This document shows positions 9,685-18,030 of a stretch of DNA of 64,000 nt, in pieces. Origin of the DNA: Acidimicrobiia bacterium (GTDB taxonomy: Bacteria > Actinomycetota > Acidimicrobiia > Spongiisociales > UBA11373); NCBI GenBank assembly GCA_040882645.1, contig JBBEAX010000055.1, forward strand, positions 3,589 to 67,588, given 5' to 3'. The notes below the pieces were generated by a model. That model made no database searches, was not told where the DNA came from, and saw only the letters and a program-made list of their open reading frames with translations. The stretch's first letter is position 1. Every line of letters begins with the position of its first letter. Made by a program: the position numbers and the translations under genes.

Positions 9685-9835
9685 GTAGCAAGAGTCAAGA
9701 GTCAAGAGTCAAGAGAGGTCTGCTGGCGATGTGGACGCGATTCGCAATTACGCGATTCGCAATACGCGATACGCGATACGACAGAACGGACCGCTCGCAG
9801 CGGGGCCTGCGGCCGCCTTGGGCGGCCTGCAGGGC
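9685..9835. repeat. Composite heptad element: K array GTCAAGA x3 (9685-9718), R array (9735-9782), GC hairpin (9801-9835)
   Basis: Bases 9685-9706 are the exact reverse complement of 5660-5681 (22/22). GGTCTGC and GCGATTCGCAAT are also shared with the inverted left copy. It lies in the divergent GT4/SDR intergenic region. Confidence 0.85.
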
Positions 9836-9884
9836 CGCCGTCCCACGGCGAGTAGCAGTGGGTATCACCTAGCCTCGCGCGGCT

Positions 9885-11324
9885 ATGCGAATCCTCGTCA
9901 CGGGTGCCACTGGTTACATCGGAGGTCGCCTCGTGCCGCGGCTGCTCGACGCCGGGCATCAGGTCCGTTGCCTCGCTCGCACCCCCGCCAAGCTCGCCCA
10001 GCACCCGTGGAGGCGCGAGGTGGAGGTCGTCGCCGGCGACGTGCTGCACGCCCCCTCCCTGAAGGAAGCGGCCACCGGCTGCGACATGGCGTTCTACCTG
10101 GTCCACTCGGTGGCCGCCGGCAAGGGCTTCGCCGACCTCGACCGCACCGGCGCCGACAACTTTCGCCTCGCCGCCGAGGATTCCGGGCTGCGGAGGATCG
10201 TGTTCCTCGGAGCGCAGGGGGCGGCCAACGGTGTCCATTCCCAAGTGGCTGCGGTTCGCCACGAGGTGGGTGCAATCCTCGCCTCGGGAGTGGTGCCGGT
10301 CACCGAGATCCGGGTGGGGCCGGTGATCGGGTCGGGATCGCGGTCGTTCGAGATGGTGCGGTCCCTCACCGAGGTCAGCCCGATCCTCCTCGCCCCGCGC
10401 TGGGTACGCAACGAGTGCCAGCCGGTCGGGGTGAGAGACGTCATCGAGGCCCTGTCCTCTGCCGCCACCGACGACTCGGCCCTCGGCCGCGTCGTAGAGC
10501 TCGGCGGGCCCGAAGTGCTCACCTTCTTGCAGATGATGAAGATCTACGCCGACGAGGCCGGCCTGCGGAAGCGGCGGGCGATACCGGTGCCGATGACCGC
10601 CGCCCGGCTGTCGTCGCTGTGGGCGGGGCTGGTGACCCCATTGCCGGCGCGGGTGGCGCGTCCTTTGATCGAGGACCTGCGATCGGGGCTCGTGCCCGAG
10701 TCGCCCGAGCCGCTGGTGGACGACCCCACCCCCTACCGTGTCGCCCTTCGCCGGGCCTTGTCGCGGCTCCCGGGCGGGGTGATCACCCGCTGGTCCGATG
10801 CCGAATCCCACCCGCCTGCGCCGGAACCGAACCGGTCCTGGCGGGGCGAGATCGTCTATATGGACCGCCAGGTGGTGCCCACCGACGCCGAAACCGCTCA
10901 CCTCTTCTGGGCCTTCAGCCGCATCGGCGGCAGTGTCGGCTACTACGGGCTCGATTGGGCGTGGCGGATACGCGGCCTTCTCGATCGGGCCGTTGGCGGT
11001 CCGGGACTGCGGCGCGGCCGACGGCATCCCAACGAGCTGCGGGTGGGCGAGGTCGTCGACTGCTGGCGGGTCGAAGAAGTGGAACCGGGGAGGCGCCTCC
11101 GCCTACGCGGCGAACTAAAGATCCCGGGTGAGGCTTGGCTCGAGTGGGAGACCCGTGACACCGAGTTCGGGGCCGACCTGATCCAGACCGCGTGGTTTCG
11201 CCCGCGGCGGTGGCGGGGCCGGCTCTACTGGTACGGAATGCTCGCCGCCCACCGCATCGTCTTCCCGCGAATGGCGCGGCGCATCGCCGCTGCCGCCGAA
11301 GAACGCGGGTACTCGACGCGGTGA
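9885..11324 (+). CDS. NAD(P)-binding SDR-family protein fused to a DUF2867-like domain
   Basis: N-terminus MRILVTGATGYIGGRLVPRLL (Rossmann fold). The C-terminal half (WRVEEVEPGRRLRLRGELKIPGEAWLEWE) looks like DUF2867. Confidence 0.8.
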   Translation: MRILVTGATGYIGGRLVPRLLDAGHQVRCLARTPAKLAQHPWRREVEVVAGDVLHAPSLKEAATGCDMAFYLVHSVAAGKGFADLDRTGADNFRLAAEDSGLRRIVFLGAQGAANGVHSQVAAVRHEVGAILASGVVPVTEIRVGPVIGSGSRSFEMVRSLTEVSPILLAPRWVRNECQPVGVRDVIEALSSAATDDSALGRVVELGGPEVLTFLQMMKIYADEAGLRKRRAIPVPMTAARLSSLWAGLVTPLPARVARPLIEDLRSGLVPESPEPLVDDPTPYRVALRRALSRLPGGVITRWSDAESHPPAPEPNRSWRGEIVYMDRQVVPTDAETAHLFWAFSRIGGSVGYYGLDWAWRIRGLLDRAVGGPGLRRGRRHPNELRVGEVVDCWRVEEVEPGRRLRLRGELKIPGEAWLEWETRDTEFGADLIQTAWFRPRRWRGRLYWYGMLAAHRIVFPRMARRIAAAAEERGYSTR

Positions 11325-12100
11325 ACCTGCCCGAGGCGTTGTTGATCACAGGGGTGGTCACGGCGATCGCCCTGGTGGTGGTGTGGCTGGCCAGCCTCGC
11401 CCTTCACAACGCCTCGATCGTCGACCCCTTCTGGGGCACCGGCTTCACGATCGTCGCGTGGACCGCCTTCATCGTGGCGGGGGACCGCGGGGCGCACGAC
11501 TTGCTCCTCGCCCTACTGGTGACGATCTGGGGAACCAGGTTGTCGGGCTACCTCCTCTGGAGGAGCATCGGCAAGGAGGAGGACTACCGCTACCAGGCCT
11601 TCCGCCGGCGATGGGGATCCCGGTTCGGGATCGTGAGCCTGTTCACGGTGTTCCTGCTCCAGGGGGTGCTGCTGTGGATCGTCTCGCTTCCGGTGCAGGT
11701 GGCGATGCTCGCTCCAGGGGAGATCGGCCTGCTCAGCGCGATCGGCATCGTCGTCTGGGGTATCGGGCTCTCATTCGAGGCGATCGGTGATTGGCAACTC
11801 GCCCGCTTCAAGGCGAATCCCGACAACCGGGGCCAGGTGATGGATCGGGGTATGTGGCGATACACCCGCCACCCCAACTACTTCGGCGACTTCTGTGTCT
11901 GGTGGGGGATCTTCATCGCCGCCCTGGATGCCTCGGGGACCGCGTGGACCGTCATCGGGCCGATGCTGATGTCATGGCTGCTGATCCGGGTGAGTGGCGT
12001 GGCGATGCTGGAGAAGACGATCGCCAAACGCCGCCCCGGCTACGCCGAGTACGCGGCGCGTACCAACGCGTTCTTCCCGGGCCCGGTGCGGCGCCGGTGA
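11321..12100 (+). CDS. DUF1295 / steroid 5-alpha-reductase-like membrane protein
   Basis: A GTG 11321 start overlaps the upstream stop (GTGA). Multi-TM, with [15 protein letters not shown]-type motif ([19 protein letters not shown]). Confidence 0.8.
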   Translation: MNLPEALLITGVVTAIALVVVWLASLALHNASIVDPFWGTGFTIVAWTAFIVAGDRGAHDLLLALLVTIWGTRLSGYLLWRSIGKEEDYRYQAFRRRWGSRFGIVSLFTVFLLQGVLLWIVSLPVQVAMLAPGEIGLLSAIGIVVWGIGLSFEAIGDWQLARFKANPDNRGQVMDRGMWRYTRHPNYFGDFCVWWGIFIAALDASGTAWTVIGPMLMSWLLIRVSGVAMLEKTIAKRRPGYAEYAARTNAFFPGPVRRR

Positions 12101-12114
12101 CGACGGACGCCTGG

Positions 12115-12234
12115 TCAGGTCTCGATCGAGCCTTCCACCGAGTCGCCGTGCTCGTCCCGCTTCTTCCGCTTCACGAACGCGACCACGATCGCGAAGAGCG
12201 CCGCCATGCCCAGCCACTTCTTCTTGGATGCCAT
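12115..12234 (-). CDS. Candidate 39-aa single-TM protein ([39 protein letters not shown])
   Basis: Below the ORF-track cutoff and translated by hand. Third-codon positions are almost all G/C, as in genuine genes here. The pattern is Lys-rich flank, hydrophobic helix, charged tail. No clear SD. Confidence 0.4.
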   Translation of the reverse strand: MASKKKWLGMAALFAIVVAFVKRKKRDEHGDSVEGSIET

Positions 12235-12308
12235 GGCAGAAGGGTACCTGCCGTGCCTGCGGTCAACCACCCGCCTCCCCGACGAGTCACCGCTCTAGCC
12301 TCTGCGAC

Positions 12309-12734
12309 ATGCTGACAGTGGGATGGCGTGAGATCGTCGGGCTGCCGGGACTCGGCATCGAGGCGATCGCCGCCAAGATCGACACGGGGGCGAGCTCGTC
12401 GTCGATCGACGTCAGCCGGATCGAGGAGTTCGTCGCACCCGACGGCACGCGGATGGTCCGGTTCCGGGTGCACTTGTCGCGGAAACAGACGGTCGAGGCA
12501 AAAGCTCCGATCGCCGACGAGCGCCGCATCCGCAACCCCGGTCGCGGAGGCAGGGAAGAGGAGCGCTATGTGATCCGCACCGATCTGGCGATTGGCGACG
12601 ACCAGTGGTCGATAGACGTGACCCTCGCCCGGCGCACCCGCATGCAGTATCGGATGCTCCTCGGCCGCGAGGCGATGAGCAACAGGGTGGTGGTCGATCC
12701 GGGCGCCTCCTATCTCCTCGGTGGCCCGGCATGA
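12309..12734 (+). CDS. Retropepsin-like 'ATP-dependent zinc protease' domain protein (RimB-like RimK partner)
   Basis: 141 aa from ATG 12309 with [22 protein letters not shown] and MLLGREAM. The stop overlaps the rimK ATG (ATGA). Confidence 0.75.
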   Translation: MLTVGWREIVGLPGLGIEAIAAKIDTGASSSSIDVSRIEEFVAPDGTRMVRFRVHLSRKQTVEAKAPIADERRIRNPGRGGREEERYVIRTDLAIGDDQWSIDVTLARRTRMQYRMLLGREAMSNRVVVDPGASYLLGGPA

Positions 12735-13621
12735 GGATCGGCGTACTCAGCCGTCGGCCCGGGCTCTATTCGACGAGGCGCCTCGTCGAGGCCGCCGAGA
12801 CTCGGGGTCACGAGGTGGCGGTGGTCGATTACCTCCGCTGCTACATGGATATCACGTCGCGCCGCCCCCGCGTGCTCTTCGCCGGACGGGAACTCGAGTT
12901 CGACGCGGTGATCCCCCGGGTGGGGGCCAGCTATACGTTCTACGGCACCGCGGTCGTCCGCCAGTTCGAGATGATGCATGTGCTCACCGCCAACGAGTCG
13001 CAGGCGATTTCCCGGGCGCGCGACAAGCTCCGCTCGCTGCAATTGCTCTCCCGCGCCGGCATCGGGCTCCCGGTGACCTCGTTCGCCCATTCGATCAAGG
13101 ACATTTCCGGCCTCCTCGACGTGGTGGGCAAGCCCCCCTACGTGATCAAGCTGCTCGAGGGCACGCAGGGGGTGGGCGTCGTGCTCGCCCCCACCCTCAA
13201 GGCCGCCGAGTCCGTGATCGCCGCCTTCCGGCAGTTGGACGCCAACATCCTCGTGCAGCGCTTCGTGTCGGAAGCCAAGAACACCGATCTGCGCGCCTTC
13301 GTGGTCGGTGGCAAGGTGGTGGCGGCAATGGAGCGGGTCGCCGCCGAAGGAGAGTTTCGAGCCAACCTCCACCGCGGAGGCACGGCCCGGGCGGTCGAAC
13401 TCACCGAAGAAGAGCAAGAGACCGCCCTCACCGCCGCCGCCACCCTCGGCCTCGACCTCTCCGGCGTCGACATGCTCCGCAGCGACGAGGGCCCCCTGGT
13501 GATCGAGGTGAACTCTTCGCCAGGCCTCGAAGGCATCGAAGCCGCCAGCCGAGTAGACGTTGCCGGCGCAGTCATCGAGTATCTGGAGAAGCGTTTTCAT
13601 CCTCCTCTCGAAGAGGACTGA
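12731..13621 (+). CDS. rimK: Ribosomal protein S6--L-glutamate ligase (ATP-grasp)
   Basis: [46 protein letters not shown] and [13 protein letters not shown] are typical of RimK. Confidence 0.9.
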   Translation: MRIGVLSRRPGLYSTRRLVEAAETRGHEVAVVDYLRCYMDITSRRPRVLFAGRELEFDAVIPRVGASYTFYGTAVVRQFEMMHVLTANESQAISRARDKLRSLQLLSRAGIGLPVTSFAHSIKDISGLLDVVGKPPYVIKLLEGTQGVGVVLAPTLKAAESVIAAFRQLDANILVQRFVSEAKNTDLRAFVVGGKVVAAMERVAAEGEFRANLHRGGTARAVELTEEEQETALTAAATLGLDLSGVDMLRSDEGPLVIEVNSSPGLEGIEAASRVDVAGAVIEYLEKRFHPPLEED

Positions 13622-13652
13622 GGCGGCGAGGTACTCAGCATCCGTTAGTAGA

Positions 13653-13790
13653 GGCGGCCCCCCGCCCCCCGCCTCCCGCCTCCCGCAAGAGCCGCGCTGA
13701 CCCCTTCACTCGCGTAACCGCGGTTTCGCCTTTCGCAGCCCGGCCGCAGGCCGGACCTTCGCCCATCGCGTGCCGAGCGAAGCGAGGCAC
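13653..13790. repeat. G-class-like heptad array (CCCGCC[CT] x4-5 ending in GCAAGAG, 13653-13692), TTTCGCC x2 (13723-13740) and small hairpins (13740-13754, 13770-13790)
   Basis: Direct reading. The loop GAGCGAAGCGA is the reverse complement of the TCGCTTCGCTC motif seen at 2178-2187 and 17908-17920. Confidence 0.7.
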
Positions 13791-13799
13791 TTATCCACA
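13791..13799 (+). promoter_or_regulatory. Isolated perfect DnaA-box consensus TTATCCACA
   Basis: Exact 9/9 match, 92 nt upstream of the 13891 start and directly after a repeat hairpin. Function unknown. Confidence 0.35.
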
Positions 13800-13890
13800 G
13801 ATCTCGAAACCGGGTGTAACCCCCGTCACCATGCGCGCGCCCCTCGGGTCTAAGAGTCGTAAGGGGAAGCCCACGTATAGGAGGAACTCT

Positions 13891-14397
13891 GTGGACGTAG
13901 CACTCATCGTCATAGGTGCGATCTTGTTCATGTACGGCTGGTTCTGGGGTGGGGTCACAGAAGCCCGCACCACGGCATATGCCATCGGCGCCAGCGCATT
14001 CATGCTCGGCCTCTGGTTCGCCTTTAGCGGCGGCGCCGGTGGCGACGCGGTCGGCGGGGCGTTCCTGGGATTCGGAGCCATCTTCGGATTCATGGCCGCC
14101 GCCAACGCGTGGAACGAGTCGAGCCAGGACCGCACGTATGGCATGTTCGCCCTGTTGTTCGGGATCGTGGCCCTCTTCGGGTTCATGTACTTCTCGGACA
14201 ACGAGGCGCCCGGGCAGTACACGTTTGCCTCGCTCGTGCTGGGCATCGTGCTGTTGCTCCACTTCATCTCGGCCGGCCTGGTGGCGTCGAACCGCGGTTT
14301 CAAGTCGCTGGTCGGATGGGTGACGCTGTTCGCGGGCGTGGTGCTCGTGTACTTCGGCTTTGCTGAGGCGCTCGGCAACGGGTTGGAGCCCTTCTAA
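13891..14397 (+). CDS. Six-TM membrane protein, tentatively AmiS/UreI-like
   Basis: GTG 13891 lies 6 nt after AGGAGG. It is 168 aa, very hydrophobic and Gly/Phe-rich. The resemblance to the AmiS/UreI topology is weak and from memory only. Confidence 0.6.
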   Translation: MDVALIVIGAILFMYGWFWGGVTEARTTAYAIGASAFMLGLWFAFSGGAGGDAVGGAFLGFGAIFGFMAAANAWNESSQDRTYGMFALLFGIVALFGFMYFSDNEAPGQYTFASLVLGIVLLLHFISAGLVASNRGFKSLVGWVTLFAGVVLVYFGFAEALGNGLEPF

Positions 14398-14443
14398 GGC
14401 GCCCAGCCAAGACCAGGTTCCCGGCACTGCCGGGGACGGATCG

Positions 14444-14477
14444 AGAGAGCGGGAGACCTTCGGGTCTCCCGCTCTCT
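14444..14477 (+). terminator. Perfect 15-bp stem with a TTCG tetraloop (AGAGAGCGGGAGACC ttcg GGTCTCCCGCTCTCT)
   Basis: Read directly. It lies between the membrane-protein stop (14397) and the prkA SD (AGGAG, 14501-14505). No U-tract. Confidence 0.6.
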
Positions 14478-14509
14478 ACTCTTGGAGGCGAGTCGCAGGT
14501 AGGAGTCAA

Positions 14510-16372
14510 ATGGAACCCAAAGAACTCCTCGGCAGGATCAAGGCCGAGGTTGCAGCACCAGCAGAAGAGGTGACGTTCGCCCGGTACCTCGAGATGGTGC
14601 GGGACGACCCCCGACTCGCCCGACTATCGCACGCACTGATCGCCGACATGCTCGAGGCTTCCGGTGTGTCCACCGGGCCCGACGGCGAGGAGCGCTTCGA
14701 CCTTTTCGAGGGCGGGCTGTTCGGTCAGCAGTGGGTCATCCAGCAGGTGGTCGATTACTTCCGGGCGGCCGGATGCCGCCTCGATGTCCGCAAGCGGATC
14801 CTGCTTCTCGTCGGCCCTCCCGGGTCGGGCAAGTCGACCCTCATCAACACCATCAAGGAGGGTCTCGAGGCGTACACCAAAACCGACGACGGCCGGGTGT
14901 ACGCGGTCAAGGGCTCTCAGATGCACGAGGACCCGCTGCGGCTGATCCCCAATGAGCTCCGCGACGAGACCGGCGTCTACATCGAAGGGGACCTCAATCC
15001 CGAGGTGCGTTGGTTGGTGGAATACGTCTACCAGGGCGACATCACCAAGGTGCCGATCCAACGGATCCACTACAGCATCGCCCGCGGCACCGGCTTCGGC
15101 ACCTTTGTCGCCACCGACCCCCGCTCGGAGAACCTTGCCCGCCTCGTCGGTGAGGTGGAGCAGAGCCTCCTCGATCCCACCGACCCGGGATCGGTGCGGC
15201 GCGCTTACCGATTCGACGGCGAGCTGAACGCGGCCCACCGGGGGATGGCCGACCTGCTCGAAGTCTTCAAGATGGACGAACGCTTTCTGGCGGTGCTGCT
15301 GAGCCTCAGCCAGGAACAGATCATCAAGACGAGCGGTCCCGGGACCATGTACGCCGACGAGGCCTTGGTCGCCCAGAGCAACCTCGCCGAATATCAGGAG
15401 CTCGTCGACAACCCGCGGGCGGCCGCGATGCTCGACCGCCTCGTGGTGGTGAAGGTTCCGTTCGTGCTGTCGGTGCGCGACGAGATCCGCATCTACGAAA
15501 AGATGCTCTCGGGCGCCGACCTCGGCCGGCGCGACGTCTCGCCGCTCGCCCTCCACACCGCCGCCACCTTCGCAGTGCTGACCAGGCTGGAGCACCCGGG
15601 CGGAGGCATGCAGGGCCTGATCCGCAAGCTCCGGCTCTACGACGGCCGCTACGGGCCTCACGGCGGCTCGGAGGACGCCCGCAAGCTGCGGGACAAGGCG
15701 CCAAACGAGGGCATGACCGGACTGAGCCCCCGCTACGTGATCAATCGCCTGTCGCAGGTGGCCGGCAACACCAAGGGTTGCCTCGATGGCATCGCGGTGC
15801 TCGAAGCGCTCTGGGAGGGTCTCCCCCAGCGGGCCGGGTTCACCGAAGACGAACGCGAGCGTTGGAGCTCACTGCTCTCCGCCACTCAGGCCGAGTACGA
15901 CGAGATGGTGCAGTTGGAGATTCGCAAGGGGTCGGTGCTCGGGTTCAAGGACTCGGCCGAGAAGATGGCGAAGACGGTTCGGGAGGAGGTGGCAGCGTGG
16001 AAGTCCCAGGGCGACGCGGCCAACACCCCCACGCTGCGACGGTTGGAGCGGCTCATCGACGTCCCCCAGTACGGACGAGATCGATTCCGCAATGCGCTCT
16101 CGGCAGCGCTGGAGTTGAAGGGGCAGCGGGGTCGCCCGCTCCACACCCGCCATCCCTTGTTGGAGGATGCGATCCAGCGGGCACTGCTGCCGTCGTGGAG
16201 CGACGTAGCCAAGAAGCTCGACGACCAGGGCGACGGCATCGTCCAGGGCATCCAGGCTTCCGGCTGGCGCAAGGCCTGTGCCGAGCAACTGGTCGAGTAC
16301 GCCCACAAGTTCATCGGATCGAAGCGCGACCGGCGGGACGAGGGCGAGAAGAAGCCGACCTGGTACTCCTGA
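14510..16372 (+). CDS. prkA: PrkA family AAA+ serine protein kinase
   Basis: ATG 14510 follows AGGAG. Long collinear similarity to B. subtilis PrkA / E. coli YeaG (RLDVRKRILLLVGPPGSGKSTL, YAVKGSQMHEDPLRLIP, AYRFDGELNAAHRGMADLLEVFKMDERFL). Confidence 0.9.
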   Translation: MEPKELLGRIKAEVAAPAEEVTFARYLEMVRDDPRLARLSHALIADMLEASGVSTGPDGEERFDLFEGGLFGQQWVIQQVVDYFRAAGCRLDVRKRILLLVGPPGSGKSTLINTIKEGLEAYTKTDDGRVYAVKGSQMHEDPLRLIPNELRDETGVYIEGDLNPEVRWLVEYVYQGDITKVPIQRIHYSIARGTGFGTFVATDPRSENLARLVGEVEQSLLDPTDPGSVRRAYRFDGELNAAHRGMADLLEVFKMDERFLAVLLSLSQEQIIKTSGPGTMYADEALVAQSNLAEYQELVDNPRAAAMLDRLVVVKVPFVLSVRDEIRIYEKMLSGADLGRRDVSPLALHTAATFAVLTRLEHPGGGMQGLIRKLRLYDGRYGPHGGSEDARKLRDKAPNEGMTGLSPRYVINRLSQVAGNTKGCLDGIAVLEALWEGLPQRAGFTEDERERWSSLLSATQAEYDEMVQLEIRKGSVLGFKDSAEKMAKTVREEVAAWKSQGDAANTPTLRRLERLIDVPQYGRDRFRNALSAALELKGQRGRPLHTRHPLLEDAIQRALLPSWSDVAKKLDDQGDGIVQGIQASGWRKACAEQLVEYAHKFIGSKRDRRDEGEKKPTWYS

Positions 16373-16433
16373 ATCAAGAATCAAGAATCAAGAAGCGGGA
16401 CTGGCGTCATCTTGAATCTTGACTCTTGTATCC
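16371..16433. repeat. K-class heptad hairpin: (GAATCAA)x3 - 12-nt loop - TCTTGAA TCTTGAC TCTTG
   Basis: Arms 16375-16395 and 16408-16428 pair at 18 of 21 positions. It lies between the convergent prkA and cca, and both stop codons fall inside the element. Confidence 0.85.
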
Positions 16434-17815
16434 CTCTCCCTTATCCACTCGTCTAGAAGCCGCAGCGCTTCCTCTTCGTCGTAGGGGCCTTCGTCTAGGC
16501 GGTGTTCCAGGAGCATGTTCATCGCTTCGCCGACGAGCGGGCCGGGTTTCAGGCCGAGGTGCTGCATCACCCGGTTTCCGTCGATCGGAGGGCGAATGCG
16601 GTCGATCTCTTCACGACTGCGCAATTCGGCGATGCGGTCCTCCAGCTCGGAGATGGCGCGCTGGATCTGCCGCTCGCGCTTCTCGTTGCGGGTGGTGACG
16701 TCGCACCGGACCAGGGTGTTGAGCTGGTCGAGTTGATCGCCGGCATCACGGACATACCGGCGGACCGCCCGATCGGTCCACCCCAACTTGAAGGTGTGGG
16801 GGCGCATGTGGAGGTAGACCAGGCGGGAAACGGCGTCGATGTCGTCCTTGGGGTAGCGCAGTTCGCGCATGCGTGCCTTGGTCATTCGGGCACCCACGAC
16901 CTCGTGGTGGTGGAAGCTGACGCCGCCCTCGCCCACCTCGCGGGTTTCGGGTTTTCCGATGTCGTGGAACAGCGCTGCCAGGCGGACGATCCTGTCGTCG
17001 GCGGGGCACTTCTCGACCACCGCGATCGTGTGGGCGAGCACATCCTTGTGTTGGTGGAAGGGATCCTGTTCGACGGCGAGGGCGGGGATCTCAGGGATGA
17101 AGTGGTTGGCGAGCCCGGAGTCCACCACCCCCCAAAGCCCGGCGGCCACGAACTCTCCAGTGATCAGCCGATCGAACTCGCCGTGGATCCGCTCGGCGCT
17201 CACGATCTCGATGCGCCCCGCCATGGCGGCGGCCGCCGCCAGCGTGGCCTCCTCCACCGTGAACCCCAGAGTCGCGACGAAGCGGAAGAGGCGGAGCATT
17301 CGCAACGGATCGTCGGCGAACGAGATCTCGGGTTCGATCGGAGTGCGGAGCACCCCGGCGCCGAGGTCGATCAGACCGCCGTGCGGATCGATCATCTCAG
17401 GCTCTGGCACGAGCCGCAGCGCGATCGCGTTGATGGAGAAGTCCCGGCGAGACAGGTCGGTGGCCAGATCGTCGGAGAACTCCACCACCGGCTTGCGGCT
17501 CTCCTCGCGATAGACCTCACTACGGAAGGTGGTGATCTCCACGCTGATGCCATCGAGGTGAGCCCCGACCGTGCCGAACTCCTTCCCGACGACCACCACT
17601 GCCTTCGCCCAGCCTCGGAGGAGCCCCTCGATCTCGTCAGGGGACGCATCGGTGGTGAAGTCGTACTCCTCGACGGCCGCCACTCGATCGAGCAAGGCGT
17701 CGCGGACGCTTCCCCCCACCAGGTAGAGCTCGTGCCCCGCCGCCCGGAACCGCTCGGCAACCCGAACGGGAACCCCCTCGGCGCGCAACAGCGGTTGAAG
17801 ACGGGCGGGGATCAT
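16388..17815 (-). CDS. cca: CCA tRNA nucleotidyltransferase / poly(A) polymerase family with an HD domain
   Basis: 475 aa with LYLVGGSVRDALLDR, DFTTDA and HD motif AALFHDIGKP. The last ~14 codons (TRVKIQDDASPAS) are encoded by the K-class repeat. Confidence 0.9.
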   Translation of the reverse strand: MIPARLQPLLRAEGVPVRVAERFRAAGHELYLVGGSVRDALLDRVAAVEEYDFTTDASPDEIEGLLRGWAKAVVVVGKEFGTVGAHLDGISVEITTFRSEVYREESRKPVVEFSDDLATDLSRRDFSINAIALRLVPEPEMIDPHGGLIDLGAGVLRTPIEPEISFADDPLRMLRLFRFVATLGFTVEEATLAAAAAMAGRIEIVSAERIHGEFDRLITGEFVAAGLWGVVDSGLANHFIPEIPALAVEQDPFHQHKDVLAHTIAVVEKCPADDRIVRLAALFHDIGKPETREVGEGGVSFHHHEVVGARMTKARMRELRYPKDDIDAVSRLVYLHMRPHTFKLGWTDRAVRRYVRDAGDQLDQLNTLVRCDVTTRNEKRERQIQRAISELEDRIAELRSREEIDRIRPPIDGNRVMQHLGLKPGPLVGEAMNMLLEHRLDEGPYDEEEALRLLDEWIRERDTRVKIQDDASPAS

Positions 17816-17834
17816 GGGCCAACTCTAAGGCAGG

Positions 17835-18030
17835 CCGCTGCCCGCTACCCGCTACCCGCTGCCAGCAAGAGCCTTTGACTCGCTTGGCCGCCGCACGGCC
17901 CCTCCGGCTCGCTTCGCTCGCCACCTCCCCCTACTGGGGAGGAAACGCGTGAGACAAACTTCTTGCGGGAGGCGGGTAGCGGGTAGCCGGTAGCGTCTCT
18001 TGCAGGCAGCGGGCCGGCCGGAGGCCGGCC
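17835..18030. repeat. Composite element: G array CCGCTAC x3 + GCAAGAG (17835-17873), 60-nt GC-rich element with CCTCCCC-ctact-GGGGAGG hairpin (17887-17948), inverted G' arrays (17961-18013), GGCCGGCC-gga-GGCCGGCC hairpin (18012-18030)
   Basis: Direct reading. It lies between the cca start and the pilT stop. The inner 60 nt recurs inverted at 53870-53937. Confidence 0.8.
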
